A stretch of DNA of 64,000 nucleotides, taken from NCBI GenBank assembly GCA_964495385.1, contig CAZBVO010000007.1, positions 5,171 through 69,170 of the forward strand, read 5' to 3'. Under the pieces are notes generated by a model. The model was not told the origin of the DNA. It saw only the letters and a program-made list of their open reading frames with translations, and ran no database searches. Source of the stretch: an uncultured Faecalibacterium sp. (GTDB lineage Bacteria > Bacillota > Clostridia > Christensenellales > CAG-917). The translations under genes and the position numbers were made by a program. Shown here piece after piece: positions 57,117 to 64,000 of this stretch; position 1 is the first letter of the stretch, and each line of letters begins with the position of its first letter.

Positions 57117-57977
57117 TTAGTCATTCGAATCCTTGATGTCGGCTACGTCAAACGTTATCGTATCGTTATCGGCGCTGGTTGCCGACATATCGATTTTGAC
57201 TTTTGACATCCTGATTGCCGATTTGATTCGGTTTACTACAATGTAATAAATAGGAATTGCCGCAAACAAAACCCAGCCCGGGTGCCAAGCCGAAAGGAAA
57301 ATTCCGAGGGCAAGATAGCCGCCTATAATAAGTGCAGGGAAGCTGTTTATAAGTTCGTCCGCGTCTTTTGCGGTAAACGTCGGAACGAGGAAGAAAATCA
57401 ACCAGCCCGGGTGCCAATAGCCACCTACGGCTCCGAAAACGAGATAACCTGCCACAATCAATGCCGCCGCACAGGCGCTGAAAATCGAAACCGCCGTGCG
57501 AGGTTTTTTGTGTTTCGAGTCGAAAATACGGTCTCTTTCTTGCGATGCTATTTTAATTCCGTCAAGGCCGATATGAACCACGTCGTCGCCGTCGCTTATA
57601 TGTATGCCGCCTCGCCCGATGCGCACTTCGCCTCCGTCTCCGTCGCTGATGTGAATTCTGTATTCGTCGTCGGAAGAACCGTTTTCGTCAAAATTCGCGC
57701 CGTTTTCGTCGTCCGAATCGATTTTGCCGTCCGTATTGCTTTGGGCATCGTCGTCTGCGGTTACTTTTTGAGACGGATTATAGTTTAAAAGATCGTCAAG
57801 TGACATTCCGTAAAGTTTTGCCAGGGCAATAAGGTTGTCGGTATCCGGCGAGGATTCGACTCTTTCCCATTTCGAAACGGCCTGTCTGCTTACGCCGAGC
57901 TTGTCGGCCAATTCCTCCTGCGACAAACCGTGCTGTTTTCTGAGTTCAACCAATCTGTTTGCAATTTCTAACGTCAT
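57117..57977 (-). CDS. XRE-HTH protein with acidic linker, IHISDGD repeats and C-terminal multi-TM domain
   Basis: 286 aa. N-terminal HTH LRKQHGLSQEELADKLGVSRQAVSKWE, duplicated (R)IHISDGD motif, then about 4 TM helices with a repeated WHPGW motif. Confidence 0.7.
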   Translation of the reverse strand: MTLEIANRLVELRKQHGLSQEELADKLGVSRQAVSKWERVESSPDTDNLIALAKLYGMSLDDLLNYNPSQKVTADDDAQSNTDGKIDSDDENGANFDENGSSDDEYRIHISDGDGGEVRIGRGGIHISDGDDVVHIGLDGIKIASQERDRIFDSKHKKPRTAVSIFSACAAALIVAGYLVFGAVGGYWHPGWLIFFLVPTFTAKDADELINSFPALIIGGYLALGIFLSAWHPGWVLFAAIPIYYIVVNRIKSAIRMSKVKIDMSATSADNDTITFDVADIKDSND

Positions 57978-58123
57978 AAATGTGTTCTCCGTGTGTTTTG
58001 ATGCTTAAATTATACACCGGGTTTTTTGGTTGCGGCCACCTATTTTGGCTTCCATAACGGCCAAATTTAGGCAACTTTTGGTTGCGTCGCAGCATTTAAC
58101 GGTTTTTTTGAGGCAAAAATCGG

Positions 58124-59371
58124 TTATTTTACGATAACCGTGTTCGAGTCGGGCATGCTGATTTTTGCATCGTAAAAAGCGGTCATAAGTTTCACTGCGT
58201 CCTCGTAATCGGAGGCGGCAATCGTTTCGACCGAGCTGTGCATTGCAAGCTGTGCTATGCCGATATCCACGCTTCTGACGGAAATCTGTCGGGAGGAAAT
58301 TGCACCGAGGGTAGAACCGCAAGGCATATCCGCCCGCATAAAGAAATCCTGTATTTTCAGCCCCGCAGAGGCCGCAATTTGTTTCAAAACTGCCGACGAA
58401 AACGCATCGGTGGTGTAGTTTTGGTTGGCGTGATGTTTTACAACCACGCCGCCGCCAAGCACCACTTTGTTGGTCGGATCGGATTTTTCGGGATGATTCG
58501 GGTGGATGGCGTGAGCATTGTCGGCCGAAACCATAAACGACGAGGCTAAAAGGGCGTCTACGTCCAAGTTTAAGCTTTTTGCCGTGCGATGCAATACGTC
58601 GGACAAAAACGTGCTGCCGGCACCCTGTTTGGTTGAGGAGCCGACTTCTTCGTTGTCGGCCAAATAGCATATCGAAAGTCCTGTTTTCTTGCTGGAAACA
58701 AGGCCTTCGACTGCGGCAAAGGCGCAAGCAAGGTCGTCGAGGCGAGGCGAAACGACAAATTCGTCGTTTAGGCCTGCGAAATACGGCTTTTCGCCCGAAA
58801 CGAGCATAACGTCCGAGTCGAACCATTCCTCTTTGACGACTTTTACCCCTTCGCCCAAACCGACTATAGGCATCAAATCGGTTTGCGGATTTACCGCAAA
58901 GGCGCTGTTTGCCTCACGGTTAAAATGAATTGCAAGGCTCGGGATGACGACTTTTTTGTCGCTCTCATACAGTTTGGATTCCAAAACGCCGTTGTTGTTT
59001 TCAATATATCTGCCGGCAATGGTCAGAGGTCTGTCAAACCAGCTGTACCAAAGGCCTCCGCCGTATTTGTCGACGTTAAGTTTGGTCACGCCTGCCGTGG
59101 TGATTTCGGGGTTTTGTTTTATTTTTAAACAAGGGCTGTCGGTGTGTGCCGCAACAATATTAAAACCGTCGCCTTCGCCTGCAACAAAAGCAATCACCGC
59201 CGAACCGTCCCGTACCGTAAAATATTTGCCGCCTTTTTCAAGGTGCCAGCTTTCCGATTCCTTCAACTCGACAAAATCGGCACTTAAAAGCTTGTTTTTG
59301 ACCGTTTCAACAACGTGATACGCGGTTGGCGATTTTTCGATGTCGTGCATCAAGTTTAAGATATTGCTCAT
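58124..59371 (-). CDS. M18 family aminopeptidase
   Basis: Start moved to ATG 59371 (GGAGGA upstream; the track ORF reads through into argS). Blocks SPTAYHVV, VAAHTDSPCLK, DNEEVGS and SADNAHAIHPN. Confidence 0.85.
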   Translation of the reverse strand: MSNILNLMHDIEKSPTAYHVVETVKNKLLSADFVELKESESWHLEKGGKYFTVRDGSAVIAFVAGEGDGFNIVAAHTDSPCLKIKQNPEITTAGVTKLNVDKYGGGLWYSWFDRPLTIAGRYIENNNGVLESKLYESDKKVVIPSLAIHFNREANSAFAVNPQTDLMPIVGLGEGVKVVKEEWFDSDVMLVSGEKPYFAGLNDEFVVSPRLDDLACAFAAVEGLVSSKKTGLSICYLADNEEVGSSTKQGAGSTFLSDVLHRTAKSLNLDVDALLASSFMVSADNAHAIHPNHPEKSDPTNKVVLGGGVVVKHHANQNYTTDAFSSAVLKQIAASAGLKIQDFFMRADMPCGSTLGAISSRQISVRSVDIGIAQLAMHSSVETIAASDYEDAVKLMTAFYDAKISMPDSNTVIVK

Positions 59372-59379
59372 AAATCCTC

Positions 59380-61071
59380 CTACATCTTCTCCGGAGCGGC
59401 AATGCCCAAAAGGCCCAGTCCGCCGGCGATTACGTTTTTGACGGCAGTGGTCAAAAGGATGCGTGCGTTTTTGATTGCTTCCGGTGCGTCGGCAATGCGG
59501 TTCGCGAGATAGAAGCGGTTGAAAGCTTGCGCAAGAGATACGAGATGACGGGCGATAAAGCACGGTTCGTATTTTTCGGCCGCGGCTTTTACGGCATCAG
59601 GGTAGGAAGCGATAAGCTTAACCACTTCCGAGCTTTCTTCGTCGGATATGCCCGAAAAGTCGATTTCGCCGCCGTTGTAGGTGCCTGCTTTTTTCAAAAC
59701 GCTGTTGCAACGTGCGTGCGTGTATTGAACGTACGGGCCCGTTTCGCCGTCGAAGTTCAACACGCGGTCGTAACTGAACACGATGTCCTTTATGCGGCCG
59801 TTGTAAAGCACGCTGAAAATGACTGCGCCCACGCCGACTTGTTCGGCAACTTCTTCTTTGTTTTCGAGGTCAGGCGATTTTTCGGTTATGATTTGCAAAG
59901 CCTTTTCGACGGCTTTGTTCAAAACGTCTTCCAAAAGGATGTAGTTTCCGGCCCTTGTTTTTATTGCGCCGTCAGGCATGCTTACCATGCCGAAATTGAC
60001 GTGAACCAAGTCCTTTGCCCAACTTTCGCCGGCAAGCTCGACAACCTTAAACCATTGTTTGAAGTGAAGGTTTTGCTGGTATGCCACGACGTAGAGGCAT
60101 TTGTCAAAGTCGAAAGTTTGTTTGCGATAGTAGGCGGCGGCAAGGTCACGGGTGGCGTAAAGCGTCGCTCCGTCCGATCTGACCAACAGGCACGGCGGCA
60201 TGTTGTAATCGGACAAATCCACCACTTTTGCCCCGTCCGACTCGACCAACAAACCTTTTTCGGTCAGACGGTCTAAAACCGGTTGCATTTTGTCGTTGTA
60301 AAAACTTTCGCCGGTGAAGTAGTCGAACGTTATTCCCAGTCGTTCATAAATGCGCTCGACTTCTTTTAAGGTGATTTCCTTAAACCATAAAAACAGGCGA
60401 GTGGCTTCCGGATCGAAGTCCTCGATTTTTTTAAACCAAGCCCTTGCTTCGTCTTCCATTTCCGGTTTTTCTTCGGCTTCCTTGTGGAAGCGGACGTAAA
60501 TTTCGACAAGTGCGGTTACGCCGCGTTCTTCGATGTCTTTATCGTCGCCCCAAAGTTTGTAAGCAACGATAAGTTTGCCGAACTGCGTTCCCCAATCGCC
60601 AAGGTGGTTTATGCCGACGGCGTTGTAGCCGAGCTTTTTGTAAATGCGGTAAAGCGCGGCACCGATTGCGGTGGAGGAAAGATGTCCGATATGCAACGGT
60701 TTTGCTACGTTTACGCTGCTGTAGTCTATGCAAACGTTTTGGTTTCCGCCGATGTCCGAATTACCGTAGGATAAACCTTCGGCAACTGCTTTTTCGACGA
60801 TTTTTTTGTTGTATGCCTGTTTGTCAAGAGTAAAATTCAAGTATCCCTGAACCGCTTCGACCGACTTAAAGCACTCCGGCAGATTGACGGATGCGGCAAG
60901 CTCCTCGGCAATTACGACGGGAGATTTGCGCAAAGCTTTCGAAAAACGGAAGCAAGGCAGGCAAAAATCGCCCATTTTGCTGTCTTTCGGCGGAGTGATC
61001 AAAGCTTCTATTTCGGCGTGGCTGACGCCTTCGATGTCGATAAGTTCGGAAATGATTTGTTTGTAATTCAT
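59380..61071 (-). CDS. argS: Arginine--tRNA ligase
   Basis: Start moved to ATG 61071 (GAGGTG upstream). HIGH-type VAKPLHIGHL, class I core, and C-terminal DALR anticodon-binding domain. Confidence 0.95.
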   Translation of the reverse strand: MNYKQIISELIDIEGVSHAEIEALITPPKDSKMGDFCLPCFRFSKALRKSPVVIAEELAASVNLPECFKSVEAVQGYLNFTLDKQAYNKKIVEKAVAEGLSYGNSDIGGNQNVCIDYSSVNVAKPLHIGHLSSTAIGAALYRIYKKLGYNAVGINHLGDWGTQFGKLIVAYKLWGDDKDIEERGVTALVEIYVRFHKEAEEKPEMEDEARAWFKKIEDFDPEATRLFLWFKEITLKEVERIYERLGITFDYFTGESFYNDKMQPVLDRLTEKGLLVESDGAKVVDLSDYNMPPCLLVRSDGATLYATRDLAAAYYRKQTFDFDKCLYVVAYQQNLHFKQWFKVVELAGESWAKDLVHVNFGMVSMPDGAIKTRAGNYILLEDVLNKAVEKALQIITEKSPDLENKEEVAEQVGVGAVIFSVLYNGRIKDIVFSYDRVLNFDGETGPYVQYTHARCNSVLKKAGTYNGGEIDFSGISDEESSEVVKLIASYPDAVKAAAEKYEPCFIARHLVSLAQAFNRFYLANRIADAPEAIKNARILLTTAVKNVIAGGLGLLGIAAPEKM

Positions 61072-61167
61072 AAGTACACCTCGATTTGATAGACACATTT
61101 TAACACAAATCGGCCGATAAGGCAAGGTCTTTTGCGGTGTTTCTCACAATGTGAGAAAAACAAACGT

Positions 61168-61920
61168 CTACAAAATCAAAAAACTGACTGCCGAAAGAAG
61201 CACCAAATAGCCGATAAAAGGCTTAAAATCGTGCTTTTTCACAAAGTCCAACATAAATTTGAGCGACACTAATCCGGCAACGAACGCGGCCGCCGCTCCG
61301 CAGGACAGCGACATAAAATCAACTGTTTTTCCGGATGATACCGCATCTATAAATTCCAATGCGCCACTGCCCAAAATCACGGGAAAGCTAAGAATAAAAC
61401 TAAAGTCGGCGGCGGTGGTTTTGTCCAGTCCCAAAGCCATTCCGGCACTTATCGTCGAGCCGCTTCTGCTGATGCCGGGGAAAACGGCCAATCCTTGCGA
61501 AACGCCGATTAAAAATGCGTTTTTGCAGTTTAAACCCTTGTTTCGGTTGTTTTTAAGCAAATCGCCTGCTGTCAAAACGACAGCCGAAATCATAAAACCC
61601 AACGGCAGATATTTTCCGAGTAACACCTCCGAAAAACACTTTTTAAAAACCAGCCCGAGCGCCGCCGTCGGCAGGGAGGCGACGACGTAAAGCCAAAGCT
61701 TGTTTTTTAGCGGATGCACCAAAAGTTCCCACAGTTTTTTGCGGTAAACAACCCCGACGGCCAAAAGCGTTCCGACGTGCACGGTTACGTTGAAAAGCAT
61801 ATCCGGCTCGCTTATTCCCAACTTTTCCGCCAACACCAAATGACCGCTTGACGATACCGGCAAAAACTCGGTCAAACCTTGCAGAATGCCGAGAAAAATA
61901 CTTTTTAATATTTCCTCCAT
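61168..61920 (-). CDS. uppP: Undecaprenyl-diphosphate phosphatase
   Basis: 250 aa. LTEFLPVSSSGHL and PGISRSGSTI are BacA/UppP signatures. Confidence 0.9.
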   Translation of the reverse strand: MEEILKSIFLGILQGLTEFLPVSSSGHLVLAEKLGISEPDMLFNVTVHVGTLLAVGVVYRKKLWELLVHPLKNKLWLYVVASLPTAALGLVFKKCFSEVLLGKYLPLGFMISAVVLTAGDLLKNNRNKGLNCKNAFLIGVSQGLAVFPGISRSGSTISAGMALGLDKTTAADFSFILSFPVILGSGALEFIDAVSSGKTVDFMSLSCGAAAAFVAGLVSLKFMLDFVKKHDFKPFIGYLVLLSAVSFLIL

Positions 61921-62011
61921 ACTTTCCTTTTTTGTTTACAAAAACAAATTGTTATTATATAATTATTATGATTTTAAGGGGAAGGATATACCTTCTCGGT
62001 ACGGAGGCAAT

Positions 62012-63103
62012 ATGAAATTAGGCGTAGTAGGTTTGCCAAACGTAGGCAAAAGCACACTTTTCAACGCAATAACCAACGCAGGAGCGATGAGCGCAAACTA
62101 TCCTTTCTGCACGATAGAACCTAACGTAGGCGTAGTGGCGGTGCCCGATGAGAGGCTCAACAAGCTTGCTGCTCTTTACGACAGCAAAAAAATTACCCCG
62201 ACGACGTTGGAATTTGTCGACATAGCAGGCCTGGTTAAGGGCGCAAGCAGGGGCGAAGGCTTGGGCAACAAATTTTTGTCGCACATTCGCGAGGTGGACG
62301 CCATCGTTCACGTCGTAAGATGTTTCGATGACGAAAACATCACGCACGTTGACGGAAGCGTCGATCCGGTCAGGGATATCGAAACCATAAACCTCGAGCT
62401 TATTTTTTCGGATATGGAAGCGTTGGAACGCCGTATCGCAAAAACCAAAAACATGGCAAAAGGCGGCGACAAAAAGCTGTTGGAAGAAGCGGAATTTATG
62501 GAAAAGCTGTATGCTCACTTAGAGAGTGGCAAACCAGTTCGCACGTTCCCTATGACCGACGATGAAAAACTTGTGGTGGACGGCTACTTCCTTTTGACCG
62601 CCAAAAAAGTTATATACGCTGCCAACATCGGCGAAGACGACGTCGGTGCCGACGAAAACGATTACGTTTTAAGGGTGCGTGAATACGCAAAAACCGAAGG
62701 CAGTGAAGTTATCGTCGTGTGTGCTAAACTCGAAGAGGAGCTTGCCTCCTTGGAGCCGGACGAAAAAGCGGCGTTTTTGGAAGAGTTGGGCATCACGGAA
62801 AGCGGTTTGGATAAACTCGTTGCCGCCAGTTACGAATTGTTGGGGCTTATCAGTTATCTTACCGCCGGCGAAAAAGAAACCCGTGCCTGGACCATCGAAA
62901 GAGGTACCAAGGCTCCGCAGGCGGCAGGCAAAATCCACAGCGATTTCGAAAAAGGCTTCATCCGCGCCGAAATCGTGGATTGCAACACCCTTTTGGAATA
63001 CGGCAGTTTCAATGCGGCAAAAGCGGCAGGAAAGGTCAGAAGCGAAGGCAAAGATTACGTTATGCAGGATAACGACGTAGTACTGTTCAGATTCAACGTT
63101 TAA
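62012..63103 (+). CDS. ychF: Redox-regulated ATPase YchF
   Basis: Start moved to ATG 62012 (GGAGG upstream). [23 protein letters not shown] and a C-terminal TGS domain. Confidence 0.95.
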   Translation: MKLGVVGLPNVGKSTLFNAITNAGAMSANYPFCTIEPNVGVVAVPDERLNKLAALYDSKKITPTTLEFVDIAGLVKGASRGEGLGNKFLSHIREVDAIVHVVRCFDDENITHVDGSVDPVRDIETINLELIFSDMEALERRIAKTKNMAKGGDKKLLEEAEFMEKLYAHLESGKPVRTFPMTDDEKLVVDGYFLLTAKKVIYAANIGEDDVGADENDYVLRVREYAKTEGSEVIVVCAKLEEELASLEPDEKAAFLEELGITESGLDKLVAASYELLGLISYLTAGEKETRAWTIERGTKAPQAAGKIHSDFEKGFIRAEIVDCNTLLEYGSFNAAKAAGKVRSEGKDYVMQDNDVVLFRFNV

Positions 63104-63129
63104 AAAACAGCCCGACGGGCTGTTTTTTG
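63104..63129 (+). terminator. Intrinsic terminator after ychF
   Basis: AAAAAACAGCC-cgacg-GGCTGTTTTTTG. Confidence 0.8.
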
Positions 63130-63144
63130 ATTGATATTTATTTT

Positions 63145-64000
63145 TTATTCCGTTTGTTTTTTGTCGTCTGATTTCTTTTTTGTCGGCAAACCTTCCGTCA
63201 AAACAACGGCGGCGGCCATAAATACGGTTCCTCCGACTATCCACCAGCTAAATTCGGTCATCGAGAAAATCGCACTGAAAATGCTTCCGAAAATACCTTC
63301 CGCCGACAGCATCACGCTTGCATACGACGGGCTGACGTGTCCTTGCGCAAAGGTTTGCACAATGTAAGCAAACACGGTTCCCAACAAAATGACTTCCGCA
63401 ATCCATCCCCAGCCTACGGCCGAAACGTTGCTTAAAGTGAATTCGCTCGGCTTGAAAATCAGGCCGACAACGGCAAATCCGGCCGAAGCAAAGGCCATTT
63501 GTAAAAAGGCGAGCGCACCTTTGTCGACTTTTTTTGAGGTTATGTCAAGCACTACGTAATGAAGCGCAAAGCAGGCGGCACTGGCCAAAGCCAGCAAATC
63601 GGCCGACGTAAACTTCCCGAACTCGCCGTTCAGGTTGATGCACAGCACCGACAAAAACGCCATGGCGGCCGCAACAAAAGCGTTTAGGTGCGGACGAACT
63701 CGCCTTATAAGCCAAGTCAAAAACGGAACCATAACCACGTTTGCTGCCGTCAGCAGCGAAACGTTTGCCGTCGAGACGTCGTTTTTGCCCAGTGCGGTTG
63801 TTTGAAGCCAGAATCCTGCAACCAAAAAAACAGCGGTTAATGCACCGTATCCGACTTGCTTAAGTGCCAGTTTTGCAATTTGCTTACAAAAAACCACACC
63901 CAATATCACTGCCGAAACTCCAAATCGGAGGATATTGAACATAATCACGGTAAAGCCCTCGGCCAACGCCCAGGATGTGGACAAAAATCCGAATCCCCAA
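63145..64000 (-). CDS. EamA/DMT family transporter (5' end beyond window)
   Basis: The track start 63984 is a TTG. The frame stays open to the window edge and reads WGFGFLSTSWAL, a typical EamA N-terminal motif. About 10 TM. Confidence 0.75.
   Translation of the reverse strand, partial: WGFGFLSTSWALAEGFTVIMFNILRFGVSAVILGVVFCKQIAKLALKQVGYGALTAVFLVAGFWLQTTALGKNDVSTANVSLLTAANVVMVPFLTWLIRRVRPHLNAFVAAAMAFLSVLCINLNGEFGKFTSADLLALASAACFALHYVVLDITSKKVDKGALAFLQMAFASAGFAVVGLIFKPSEFTLSNVSAVGWGWIAEVILLGTVFAYIVQTFAQGHVSPSYASVMLSAEGIFGSIFSAIFSMTEFSWWIVGGTVFMAAAVVLTEGLPTKKKSDDKKQTE

Noticed and set aside
58005-58826. 273 aa minus-strand ORF, Arg/Cys-rich
   Set aside because: It is an alternative frame inside the M18 aminopeptidase gene. 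It has extreme Arg content and no RBS.
61141-61157. Perfect 8-1-8 palindrome TTCTCACA-a-TGTGAGAA between uppP and argS
   Set aside because: It could be a weak uppP terminator (no U-tract) or an operator upstream of the argS promoter (TTGCCT-17-TAAAAT). I cannot distinguish the two, and it is short enough to be fortuitous.

Overview
This 64 kb window is the origin-proximal chromosome of a Firmicutes/Clostridia-type, probably spore-forming bacterium. That assignment is an inference from yyaC, soj/spo0J, a BclA-like collagen protein, low-GC-style promoters and GGAGG ribosome-binding sites. It carries the classic origin gene set: mnmG-mnmE-jag-yidC-yidD-rnpA-rpmH, rsmG-parA-parB, dnaA-dnaN, recF and remB-like-gyrB-gyrA. 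It also carries housekeeping genes (lysS, greA, cysE-cysS, ftsH, argS, uppP, ychF, luxS-mtnN, tRNA-Val), transporters and a few accessory cassettes. I saw no rRNA, CRISPR array, transposase, integrase or reverse transcriptase. All family calls come from reading motifs by eye, with no database search. Points worth a second look: (1) a 1.34 kb ORF-free, strongly T/G-skewed stretch (37529-38870) opens with three parS-like 16-mers bracketing a perfect DnaA box and continues into helically phased T-tracts; two more parS-like sites lie just upstream. (2) The origin synteny is scrambled: dnaA-dnaN and remB-gyrB-gyrA are each inverted relative to recF, rsmG-parAB is inverted relative to mnmG, and rpmH is 12 kb from dnaA. 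DnaA-box clusters are therefore split over three loci. (3) A TetR-led operon encodes an oversized class III aminotransferase plus one intact and one ligand-less class II aldolase paralog. (4) A 1276 aa membrane-anchored protein contains 144 bp (48 aa) tandem repeats. (5) A collagen-like BclA-type protein has a Cys-rich N-terminus. (6) An XRE plus SLOG/DUF1273 cassette has duplicated operators. (7) There is a stand-alone condensation-domain-like enzyme.
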